This document shows positions 9,747-18,224 of a stretch of DNA of 64,000 nucleotides, piece by piece. The notes under the pieces were generated by a model, which made no database searches, was not told the DNA's origin, and saw only the letters and a list, made by a program, of their open reading frames with translations. The DNA is from an uncultured Rickettsiales bacterium. GTDB lineage: Bacteria > Pseudomonadota > Alphaproteobacteria > Rickettsiales > JALZUV01. The stretch lies in NCBI GenBank assembly GCA_964654855.1, contig CAZZJS010000002.1, forward strand, positions 15,285 to 79,284, written 5' to 3'. Position 1 is the stretch's first letter. Each line of letters starts with the position of its first letter. Position numbers and translations under genes: made by a program.

Positions 9747-10627
9747 TTTGTTTTTTCAAAAAACTGGTTGTTCCTGCCTTCATGGCAAGCACAACCTTAT
9801 TATACAGCACGCAAGCTTCGGCTCAGGATGTTGATGTAGAGCTTCAGCTTTTAATCGATGTATCTGGCAGTGTTAGCACCAGTGAGTATAATCTGATGAT
9901 GGATGGCTACGCTAACGCCTTCCGTAACGATTCAGTTCAGGACATTATCCTGAATAATTCTGGCGAAAATTTCGGAAGTATTGCTGTCCAAACGGTGATG
10001 TGGTCTAGCCAAAACCTACAGAGTACCATGACCGATTGGACCCTTCTCAATAGTATCGACAGTATTAATAATTACGCCTCTACCCTAGGCAGTATGGATC
10101 GTGCTTTTGGCGGCGCCACTTATCTGGCAGAAGGTCTTGATTACGGTGCCAATCTATTTTCGGATAATGGCTTTAACGGTACACGTAGCGTGATCGACAT
10201 TTCCGGCGACGGATATGGTTATGATTATCTGTATAAAGATTATTCTTTCTTCACAGGCGGAGATACTGCAACCCAGCGTGATGACGTGCTGGCCTCTGGT
10301 ATCACTACCATTAATGGGATTACGTTGGAAGGCACCTATGCTCAGTCTGGCGACCAAACCCTCACAGAATGGTATTCAACTAATGTAACAGGTGGTGATA
10401 ATGCTTTTGTCATCGCTGCAAATGGATTTGGTGACTTCGAGCGTGCTTTGGTCACCAAATTAAGCGCCGAGATTGAAGGTGGCTACATTCCGATCGAAGC
10501 CACTCCGGCCAATCCGATTGATACCGCACCCGCTCCCATTCTGGGAACTGGTCTTCCCATTTTGTTGCTTCTGCTACTATATAATAAATTTTTATTTATA
10601 AAAAACAGACAGTTAAGTGTGGCATAG
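9743..10627 (+). CDS. Secreted DUF1194 (vWA-fold) protein with PEP-CTERM-like C-terminal sorting signal
   Basis: Signal peptide ending ASA-QD; DVELQLLIDVSGSVS; VIDISGDG; TINGI; C-terminus APAPILGTGLP-ILLLLLLY-NKFLFIKNR. Confidence 0.8.
   Translation: MICFFKKLVVPAFMASTTLLYSTQASAQDVDVELQLLIDVSGSVSTSEYNLMMDGYANAFRNDSVQDIILNNSGENFGSIAVQTVMWSSQNLQSTMTDWTLLNSIDSINNYASTLGSMDRAFGGATYLAEGLDYGANLFSDNGFNGTRSVIDISGDGYGYDYLYKDYSFFTGGDTATQRDDVLASGITTINGITLEGTYAQSGDQTLTEWYSTNVTGGDNAFVIAANGFGDFERALVTKLSAEIEGGYIPIEATPANPIDTAPAPILGTGLPILLLLLLYNKFLFIKNRQLSVA
10533..10547. promoter_or_regulatory. Candidate activator-binding palindrome inside the sorting-signal codons
   Basis: CTCCC-ATTCT-GGGAA about 73 bp upstream of the sigma54 site at 10620; half-site TTCCCATTTT 21 bp further on. 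Confidence 0.45.
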
Positions 10628-10635
10628 GGATTGCT
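10620..10635 (+). promoter_or_regulatory. sigma54 -24/-12 promoter for the acetyltransferase (sypM-like) operon
   Basis: TGGCAT-AGGGA-TTGCT, near-consensus. Confidence 0.75.
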
Positions 10636-10734
10636 CCTCTTTTGTTAGACATAATGACAAAAGAGGAGTTTAGCCATGTGTGGCATTACCAACAAAACCG
10701 ATGCTCTCGAATTAGTGAAAGTTGGAGTAAGAAC

Positions 10735-11430
10735 ATGACCGTTTACGCATTAAAACAATGGGTCAAAAATGGTGATCATCCAGTCGCAAGACAAATAAAA
10801 CGCGTCGCACGAAGCGGCATGCCGCAAATCACATTCTTACATCGCAACCTGTATCGCCTGCACATAGGGTTACGCAACTTATGGGCCGAAACTACACGAA
10901 TTTTCTATTACACTCCTTTACTGCAAGCACGGTTAGTTTTTCCTTGTAAGCAGCTTTATCTTTATAGTGGCTTACCTTTTATCACTGGCTCGCTAGAAAT
11001 CACCTTAGGTGATAATTGTCGTATCTCAGGAAAAACAACTTTCAGCGGCCGCCCGGCAAGCGGCACACCTTCTTTAGTCGTGGGTAATAATTGCGATATT
11101 GGTTGGCAAAATACTATCGCCGTCGGCACTAAGGTAGAATTAAAAAACAATGTACGTTTAAGCGGCAATGTTTTCTTAGCGGGCTATCCCGGACATCCAT
11201 TAGATCAACAAGATCGCGCAGCCGGATACCCCTGCACACAAGAACAAATCGGCGATATTATTTTAGAAGACGATGTATGGCTAGCAACCGGCGTTACCGT
11301 CTTAGCGGGTGTCACAGTTGGTAAAGGCAGCATCATCGGCGCAAGCAGCGTCGTCACCAAAGACATTCCAGCTGGTGTCGTAGCAGCTGGCGTTCCAGCT
11401 CGTATCGTAAAGGAGCTAAACCATGACTGA
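10735..11430 (+). CDS. Hexapeptide-repeat sugar O-acetyltransferase (SypM-like)
   Basis: GHPLD, DIILEDDVWLATGVTVLAGVTVGKGSIIGASSVVTKDIPAG..AAGVPARIVK; start at the ATG after a GGAG SD. Confidence 0.9.
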   Translation: MTVYALKQWVKNGDHPVARQIKRVARSGMPQITFLHRNLYRLHIGLRNLWAETTRIFYYTPLLQARLVFPCKQLYLYSGLPFITGSLEITLGDNCRISGKTTFSGRPASGTPSLVVGNNCDIGWQNTIAVGTKVELKNNVRLSGNVFLAGYPGHPLDQQDRAAGYPCTQEQIGDIILEDDVWLATGVTVLAGVTVGKGSIIGASSVVTKDIPAGVVAAGVPARIVKELNHD

Positions 11431-12544
11431 TATTATTGTTTTCGGCGAAGATTACGGCGTACACCCGAGTTCTACTCAGCATTTAATGAATCGCTTAGCA
11501 GCAAATCATCGCATTATCTGGTTGAACTCTATCGGTTTACGTGCACCAAAACTTACATTGAACGATATGATGCGAATTATTCGTAAAGCCACAACGATAT
11601 TAACCGCGCGTCTTGCTCGAACAGATTCCGCACAGAATCAAACTAAAGCTCCTTTTCCAGTCTTACAGCCTATTGCCTTACCTTTCCCAGACTCTTCATT
11701 GGCACGTAAGGTCAATCAATGGCTGCTTAAACGCCAAATGCAAAAACTCATCAAGCGTTACGACTTACAACACCCTACCTTATGGACATCCCTTCCCTCT
11801 GCTGTGGATGCGGTCTGCCCAGAAATGAAACGCACCCTCTATTACTGTGGTGATGACTTCTCAGCGCTGGATGGGGTTGACCATAAGGCTGTTGAAGCGA
11901 TGGAAACAGAGCTAATTGATCAAGCTGATTTAGTTATTTCAGCCAGCAAATCTCTCCATCAACGCATGCCGCAAGAAAAACGCCTATTTCTCCCACATGG
12001 CGTTGATATTACACTATTTACCCGTAGGTTAGCCTGCCCACCAGAACTACAAAAAACGCGTAAACGTGCTTGCTTTTATGGCTCCATTGCTTCTTGGGTC
12101 AAGCTAGATTGGATTGCGTATGCGGCGCGTATGTTACCTGAATGGGAATTCATTTTAATCGGCAATATTAAAGCAGATGTTTCATCACTAAAGACAGAAC
12201 AAAACATCATCTTTACTGGTGCAATGGCTCATGATGAATTGGTACGCTATGCCAACCATTGCGATGTCTTGCTTATGCCATTTGCAGATAATGGACAGAT
12301 TCGCCACTGCAATCCGCTCAAACTTTATGAGTATTTGGCCATCGGAAAGCCGATTGTCACCACACAATTTCCAGCGATTGAACCATATCAGTCATTGCTT
12401 CACATCGCCGATTCAGCTGAGAGCTTTGTCTCTTGTCTGCTGGAAGCAGAAAAAGAAGGCAATCGACGCCTTCGCCAACGACAACAATCCGTACGCTGGG
12501 AAGATTGGAACCAACGTGCACAACAACTGGAGGAATGGCTATGA
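11423..12544 (+). CDS. Glycosyltransferase family 1/4 (SypN-like)
   Basis: GEDYGVHPSSTQHL, YYCGDDF, CNPLKLYEYLAIGKPIV. Confidence 0.85.
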   Translation: MTDIIVFGEDYGVHPSSTQHLMNRLAANHRIIWLNSIGLRAPKLTLNDMMRIIRKATTILTARLARTDSAQNQTKAPFPVLQPIALPFPDSSLARKVNQWLLKRQMQKLIKRYDLQHPTLWTSLPSAVDAVCPEMKRTLYYCGDDFSALDGVDHKAVEAMETELIDQADLVISASKSLHQRMPQEKRLFLPHGVDITLFTRRLACPPELQKTRKRACFYGSIASWVKLDWIAYAARMLPEWEFILIGNIKADVSSLKTEQNIIFTGAMAHDELVRYANHCDVLLMPFADNGQIRHCNPLKLYEYLAIGKPIVTTQFPAIEPYQSLLHIADSAESFVSCLLEAEKEGNRRLRQRQQSVRWEDWNQRAQQLEEWL

Positions 12545-12888
12545 TGAACCGCACCCCCCTTACACTCTTACTTATAATGCTTGGTCTAAGTGCCTGCGCG
12601 CCGCAAACCATTCATGATCTAATTCCCGCACATCAACTTAATATGATGCAAGTTGAGTCTTACATACAACCAGAAGGTGGTTTTTTACTCAAACCCGATC
12701 TGGCTGAGCCAAAACAACCAGCAGCGGAAGTTGTGGCACCGGCAATACCTCAGACTCACCCAGCGTGGGCTCCCGCAGCTCATCCAGCGCCCAATAGCAT
12801 AACCTCACCTTCTGAAGCGATTTCGGTTTCTAGCATGTTGCAACAAACACTTGATTACGCCCAAGACAACAAAGGAAATTCAAAATGA
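12541..12888 (+). CDS. Small Pro/Ala-rich lipoprotein
   Basis: Lipobox LSAC after hydrophobic LTLLLIMLG; ATGA overlaps on both sides. Confidence 0.65.
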   Translation: MMNRTPLTLLLIMLGLSACAPQTIHDLIPAHQLNMMQVESYIQPEGGFLLKPDLAEPKQPAAEVVAPAIPQTHPAWAPAAHPAPNSITSPSEAISVSSMLQQTLDYAQDNKGNSK

Positions 12889-14495
12889 CGCACCATACTA
12901 TCGTGATTGAACGTATCATTTATCGAGTACTCGAAATTGCATGGCGATTCCGAAAAACGATTATCCGCCCTATTCTAGTGATGCCAGTGTTAGCACTCGT
13001 TATTGGATTAGCGATCCCTAAAACGTACCAACTGCAAACAACTATCCTTTTTCAGGAACCTTCAAAAATCAACCCTTTCATGGAAGATATTTCAATTGGC
13101 ACCAGTTTAAAAGAACGTATGAAATCGCTCAATGCACTGTTACATAGCCACCACATGTTGGCAGGTGTACTGACCGACCTAAAGATTATTAATAAAGATA
13201 CCGATCCTAGAGAAGTAGCACAACATGTTGACCGCATTTCAGGCACCTTAAAAGCTGAATTAGCTGGAGACGATTTAGTCACTATTAGTGTGAGAAACCA
13301 CAATCCTACTCAAATGAATGCCACACTAGAAAGAGTCTCACGCCGCTTTATTGAGAAGGTGCTTACCCCAGCCTGGACCTCTCTCACTAACTCTGAGAAA
13401 TTTCTAAAAGAAGAACTCACCAAAAGCCATAAAAGCCTGACCGAAGCAGAAAACGCCTTAGCCGAATTCAAATCAAAACACTCTCAGGAATTACCAATGC
13501 TGCACTCCTCTAACGTGGCAAGATTGGCAAAAATTCAGAGCGACCTAGCAGATAAACGTAGCACACTATCAGGAGCAGAAGGTGCGGCAAAATCACTTGA
13601 AGGGCGGCTCGTGCAAACCAATCCTGTGATTGGCCGGTTAGAAGAAAAAATTATTCACTATAGCAGTGACTTAGCGCTCTTACGTTCTCGTTATACAAAC
13701 GCACATAGCAAAGTAAAAGCGGCTAAACGCACACTGAATCGCCTGCAAGAAGAACGAAATCGTTTATTAGAAACCGATATTTCACAATTGGATCAGGCTG
13801 TGCAAACCGCTAGCACTAACCATATATGGAATATAACCGTCGACGATAATAAAACCCAACCATTACTCGTTTCACAGATGGAACAAATGGATCTAGCTCG
13901 CACACGCATCACCAGTCTGACCGAAGAAATTACAGTACTTGAACAGGCGGAAGCAGAATTACAAGAGAAAGTGCATAACTTTGGATCAGTTGAACGGCAG
14001 TTATTAGAATTAGAACGAAAAACGACCGTACATCGCGAGCTACATGCCAATATGCTACGCCGTAGCGAAATGGCTCGTGTTACAGGCGATTTAAGCAAAT
14101 TTGAAGTACCTTCACGTGTCAAAATTCTTGACCGCCCTTTCAAACCACCTGTGCGTATCACTCCACCATTATTAATCTTTGTCATTGTCGGAGCCATCGG
14201 TGGGTTAATGATCGGCTGCGCACTAGCGGCAATTCTCAACGCAACAGACACCACCATTCGCTATCCCCATCAACTGGCTAATTTTGCAGGTGCCCCCGTA
14301 CTGATGAATTTAGGACCACAGACTTCTATCCAGCTTTTTGACCCAGATGAGCCAATTGATAACCCTAGTCGTTTTAAAACATATGCAAATACCTTCAAGC
14401 ATCAAACAGTCAAAGCAGCAAGAATCTCTACCCACAAATTCTCACAATCCAGAAAAGGAGCCTTCTCATGGATCAAAAAGCACCTAAACCGCTAA
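12885..14495 (+). CDS. Polysaccharide co-polymerase / chain-length determinant (Wzc/GumC N-terminal type, SypO-like)
   Basis: N-terminal TM + PKTY..QTTILFQEP, long coiled coil with RYTNAHSKV, ILDRPFKP + C-terminal TM; no kinase domain. Confidence 0.85.
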   Translation: MTHHTIVIERIIYRVLEIAWRFRKTIIRPILVMPVLALVIGLAIPKTYQLQTTILFQEPSKINPFMEDISIGTSLKERMKSLNALLHSHHMLAGVLTDLKIINKDTDPREVAQHVDRISGTLKAELAGDDLVTISVRNHNPTQMNATLERVSRRFIEKVLTPAWTSLTNSEKFLKEELTKSHKSLTEAENALAEFKSKHSQELPMLHSSNVARLAKIQSDLADKRSTLSGAEGAAKSLEGRLVQTNPVIGRLEEKIIHYSSDLALLRSRYTNAHSKVKAAKRTLNRLQEERNRLLETDISQLDQAVQTASTNHIWNITVDDNKTQPLLVSQMEQMDLARTRITSLTEEITVLEQAEAELQEKVHNFGSVERQLLELERKTTVHRELHANMLRRSEMARVTGDLSKFEVPSRVKILDRPFKPPVRITPPLLIFVIVGAIGGLMIGCALAAILNATDTTIRYPHQLANFAGAPVLMNLGPQTSIQLFDPDEPIDNPSRFKTYANTFKHQTVKAARISTHKFSQSRKGAFSWIKKHLNR

Positions 14496-15577
14496 CCGTA
14501 CAAATTGTACAACATTTACGCCCAGGAGGAATTGAGATGTTGGCGTTAGAGTTCCTGCGCCATCAATCGGATAACTCATCTACACATCTTATTAGTTTAG
14601 AGGGAACAGCAGAAGAAACCTTTCAGCAATGGTCAAAACTGAAAGATTATGCAGATCAAATTACCTTCTTGAATAAACCACAAGGAATTCATATTCCTAC
14701 TTTATTCAAGCTTACAAAACTTTTCAGAGAATGGAATGCGAACAGCATCCATACCCACCACATTGGCCCGCTGCTTTACGCAGGCATGGCTGCCCGCCTC
14801 GCAGGCTGTCAGAACCTTATTCATACCGAACATGATAGTTGGCATTTGCAACAAGAATCTGAGCGTAAATTGCAAGGAACCCTACTACGTTTACTCAGAC
14901 CAAAACTAGTAGCAGATAGCCAACATGTTGCTCGGGAACTGGATCGATTTTATCCATTTTCACAAAGCGAAGTAATCTTAAATGGCATTGATACAACCCG
15001 CTTTATACCAGGAGACAAACTAAACGCACGCAAAGCTCTGGCATTACCCAAAAACGCCAAACTAATTGGCTGTGCTGCACGATTAGAAACCGTAAAAAAT
15101 CATAGCCTTATTTTTCAAGCTCTGCGAAAGTTACCTAAAGAATACCATCTAGCACTTGCGGGCTCGGGCTCTTTAGAAGAACCACTAAAACATCAAGCAA
15201 CTATACTCGACATTACTGAACGGGTTCATTTTCTAGGACATGTCGATGATATTGTCTCTTTCTATCAATCACTTGATGCTTTTTGCCTTCCCTCCTTGAA
15301 AGAAGGCTTACCACTATCACTTTTAGAGGCACAAGCGGTTGACGTTCCTGTAATAGCAAGCGATGTAGGAAGTTGCCGAGAGGCATTGGCGCCGCAAAAA
15401 AGCCAACTTTTTCCTTCTAATAACCTGCCCGCTCTTCTTGAATCGGTAGAAGGTATATTTAAAGCTGATGCTTCACCCCAAACACGCAGCTTTGTTCTTG
15501 AGCAATTCAGCCTAAATAAGATGATCGAAAGCTATCAATCTCTTTGCGTAACAACAATGAGAGGAATATCATCATGA
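14468..15577 (+). CDS. GT4 glycosyltransferase (SypP-like)
   Basis: VQHLRPGGIE, HTHHIGPLLYAG, HTEHD, NGID, PSLKEGLPLSLLEAQA. Confidence 0.9.
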   Translation: MDQKAPKPLTVQIVQHLRPGGIEMLALEFLRHQSDNSSTHLISLEGTAEETFQQWSKLKDYADQITFLNKPQGIHIPTLFKLTKLFREWNANSIHTHHIGPLLYAGMAARLAGCQNLIHTEHDSWHLQQESERKLQGTLLRLLRPKLVADSQHVARELDRFYPFSQSEVILNGIDTTRFIPGDKLNARKALALPKNAKLIGCAARLETVKNHSLIFQALRKLPKEYHLALAGSGSLEEPLKHQATILDITERVHFLGHVDDIVSFYQSLDAFCLPSLKEGLPLSLLEAQAVDVPVIASDVGSCREALAPQKSQLFPSNNLPALLESVEGIFKADASPQTRSFVLEQFSLNKMIESYQSLCVTTMRGISS

Positions 15578-16752
15578 TCGTACCCATAAGTTTAATCGCT
15601 GGAATAATTGCTGTTATATGCGCCTTGTTGATCGTTTATCACCACGCGATCTGGCCTGTATTTTTGATGCTTCTAGCACGTATAAAGGCAGATGAAACAC
15701 AGCAACCAACGCCCAAGATCATTCCATCTGAGCTTCCCTCAATTTGCGTCATTATTCCCGTATATAATGAGGTTAAATTTATCGCTGATAAGCTATGGAA
15801 TTGCGCTATGCTGGATTATCCGCCCGAAAAACTAAGAATCCGGCTGATTTTTGATGGATGCACCGACCAAACAACCGTAATTGCACGTGAAACACTGAAA
15901 AATCCTATTTTTCGTCATTTACCAATATTTTTAGAGATCGAACAAGAAAACCACGGAAAACAGGCTATTCTTACCCAAGCTATTGAATCTTCTAATGAAG
16001 AAATTATCGTGCTTTCTGATTGTTCTTCTATGCTTTCTATGGATAGCCTAAAGCGTATTATCACTAGATTTAGGGATGAAACATTAGGCGTCGTATGCGC
16101 TAGCTACGAGCTTTTATACTCTGGATCAGCAGGCGAACAACAATATTGGAAATACCAGAAGAAAATTAAGACTGCTGAGAGCAAGTTAGGAAGTGTTTTA
16201 GGCGCTCACGGCGCTTGTTACGCATTTCGTCGTACATTATACCACCCATTACCCGCTAATACGATCAATGATGACTTTGTGCTACCTATGCAGATCGTCA
16301 AACAAGGCTATCGAGCCATTTATGATCAAGAAATCATCGCATTAGAGTTAGAAAAAGCCGACGAAGAGTTTGATTTCCATCGCCGTATTCGCATTGGAGC
16401 CGGAAATATGCAGCAATGCCAATTACTTATGGAAATGATACATCCACGTTATGGCATGACAGCACTTTCTTTTTTCTCTGGCAAAGTATTACGCACAGCG
16501 ATGCCTTATGTGATGCTTAGTGCGTTTATATTGAGCGGAGTCGCCTCACTAGAAATAAATGAATTCTTGCTACTCTTTGTTCCTCAACTCTTTGTTTATG
16601 CACTAGTTATAGTGAGTATTAAGCTCAATATCACTCAAGGAAAGCTAGCAAGCTTACGTTATCTAGTGTTAGGGCACCTTGCCGGCTTAATAGGCTCTTT
16701 ACGCTATTTTTTCACCCCTAAACAACTTAAATGGCAGGAGATTTCCTCATGA
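15574..16752 (+). CDS. GT2 glycosyltransferase (SypQ-like)
   Basis: IIPVYNE, DGCTD, LSDCS, GAHGACYAFR, INDDF, RRIRIGAGNMQQ. Confidence 0.9.
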   Translation: MIVPISLIAGIIAVICALLIVYHHAIWPVFLMLLARIKADETQQPTPKIIPSELPSICVIIPVYNEVKFIADKLWNCAMLDYPPEKLRIRLIFDGCTDQTTVIARETLKNPIFRHLPIFLEIEQENHGKQAILTQAIESSNEEIIVLSDCSSMLSMDSLKRIITRFRDETLGVVCASYELLYSGSAGEQQYWKYQKKIKTAESKLGSVLGAHGACYAFRRTLYHPLPANTINDDFVLPMQIVKQGYRAIYDQEIIALELEKADEEFDFHRRIRIGAGNMQQCQLLMEMIHPRYGMTALSFFSGKVLRTAMPYVMLSAFILSGVASLEINEFLLLFVPQLFVYALVIVSIKLNITQGKLASLRYLVLGHLAGLIGSLRYFFTPKQLKWQEISS

Positions 16753-17393
16753 CCACCTCTAACGATCCTTATCTTTCTTTTTCAACAACTTGCATTAAGC
16801 GCACTTTAGATATTACATGCTCTCTCATTGGCGGATTAATACTTCTTCCCCTCCTCCCTCTTATTGCTCTAGCCGTTAAATTAGATTCCCCAGGGCCCAT
16901 ATTTTTTAAGCAATTACGCATTGGTGAGCAATATCACAATCACACACGACTATTCATGATGGTGAAATTTCGTACGATGATCGTAGATGCAGAGGAGTCC
17001 GGAGCCAAATGGGCTTCCCAAAATGATCCTCGTATTACCAAAGTGGGAAATTTTCTACGTAAAACACGCCTGGATGAGTTACCTCAATTACTCAATGTAC
17101 TAAAAGGTGATATGTCTTTAGTTGGCCCTCGCCCAGAGCGCCCAGGCTTCTATCATACGCTTGAAAATGCCATCCCACTTTATGCTGATCGCACCTATGG
17201 TTTAAAACCGGGCATAACCGGATTTGCTCAGGTTTTACAAGGGTATGACGAGACAATCGAAGATGTAAGAAGCAAAGTTGGATACGACCATGCCTATGCA
17301 TTAATGTTACAAAATGCATGGACAGCTCTTTGCGCTGATATCAAAATTTTATGGATGACAATTAGCGTCGTTATCCATGGTCGGGGACAGTAA
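16749..17393 (+). CDS. Polyprenyl-phosphate sugar transferase (SypR-like priming glycosyltransferase)
   Basis: KRTLDI, DSPGPIFFKQLRIG, KFRTM, DPRITKVGNFLRKTRLDELPQL, SLVGPRPERP. Confidence 0.93.
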   Translation: MTTSNDPYLSFSTTCIKRTLDITCSLIGGLILLPLLPLIALAVKLDSPGPIFFKQLRIGEQYHNHTRLFMMVKFRTMIVDAEESGAKWASQNDPRITKVGNFLRKTRLDELPQLLNVLKGDMSLVGPRPERPGFYHTLENAIPLYADRTYGLKPGITGFAQVLQGYDETIEDVRSKVGYDHAYALMLQNAWTALCADIKILWMTISVVIHGRGQ

Positions 17394-17402
17394 AATGTAA
17401 AC

Positions 17403-17418
17403 TGGCACACCCGTTGCT
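17403..17418 (+). promoter_or_regulatory. sigma54 -24/-12 promoter for the STAS (sypA-like) operon
   Basis: TGGCAC-ACCCG-TTGCT, full consensus, 42 bp upstream of ATG 17461. Confidence 0.85.
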
Positions 17419-17460
17419 CCTATTCAGATACGTTAAGACGAATTAATAAAGGAGCAAATC

Positions 17461-17784
17461 ATGCCACATAGTATCGAACAACAAGACCAACAAACGGTTC
17501 TTACCCTTTCCGGCAGTTTAGACTCAGAAGAAACTCTCACTCTTAAACCCATTATAGACCAGTTTATCGAAACTGAATCTACCCACCTAACCGTAGAGAT
17601 GACAGAAGTCCATTTTCTGGATTCTTCTGGCATCGGCATACTGGTCTATGCCTTCAAACGTTTACGCAGTGACGAACGAGAAATCACCTTACGTAATGTG
17701 CAAGGACAACCTTCAGACCTAATGCGTATGCTTCGTATCGATAAAGCGATTACAATGGAAAGCTCTACAGGAGAAGCAGCATGA
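17461..17784 (+). CDS. STAS-domain anti-sigma-factor antagonist (SypA-like)
   Basis: VHFLDSSGIG phospho-serine motif, 107 aa. Confidence 0.9.
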   Translation: MPHSIEQQDQQTVLTLSGSLDSEETLTLKPIIDQFIETESTHLTVEMTEVHFLDSSGIGILVYAFKRLRSDEREITLRNVQGQPSDLMRMLRIDKAITMESSTGEAA

Positions 17785-18224
17785 AACCGACTCTCCTAAT
17801 TTCTGTAATCGCGCTACTAGCCGGATGCAGCAGCTTCCCCCCTTATGGAACAGGTGGTTTTGCTGAGCATCAACGCTACACACATGAAAATGCTTATCCG
17901 AAAGCATTTACTCACTTTATCGGCAATTCACGCCAACGTGGCTGGCAGCATTATAATCTCAGAGCTATCAACTGCATCGATCATCGTCTAGCAGAGTTAC
18001 GCCAGCATGGCATCAATGAGCATTACCCCGCACAGCTCTGGTTAATTGAACAACAGCGTAATCGTACCTTGCGTCTTTTTGCAGGTGGCTTGGGCTGGGA
18101 TGCCGAACGTGAAGTTCAAGAGCTTTACCAAATGATGGAAGATTTGCAGGAGCGTCTAATTGATCAAAACCAGATCAAAATGGACTTCTACCAACATCCG
18201 GAGAAAACCCAATGCGATATTTAA
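17781..18224 (+). CDS. Lipoprotein in the sypB position; no OmpA domain seen
   Basis: Lipobox LLAGC followed by SSFPPYGTGGFAEH; translationally coupled to both neighbours. Confidence 0.65.
   Translation: MKPTLLISVIALLAGCSSFPPYGTGGFAEHQRYTHENAYPKAFTHFIGNSRQRGWQHYNLRAINCIDHRLAELRQHGINEHYPAQLWLIEQQRNRTLRLFAGGLGWDAEREVQELYQMMEDLQERLIDQNQIKMDFYQHPEKTQCDI

Noticed and set aside
14275-14288. TGGCTA...TTGCA as a sigma54 promoter for the sypP-like gene
   Set aside because: The spacing is GG-N8-GC, not the required N10.
17373-17387. ATCCA-TGGTC-GGGGA as the enhancer for the STAS promoter
   Set aside because: It is a poor match and lies only about 16 bp from the -24 box, too close for an activator site.
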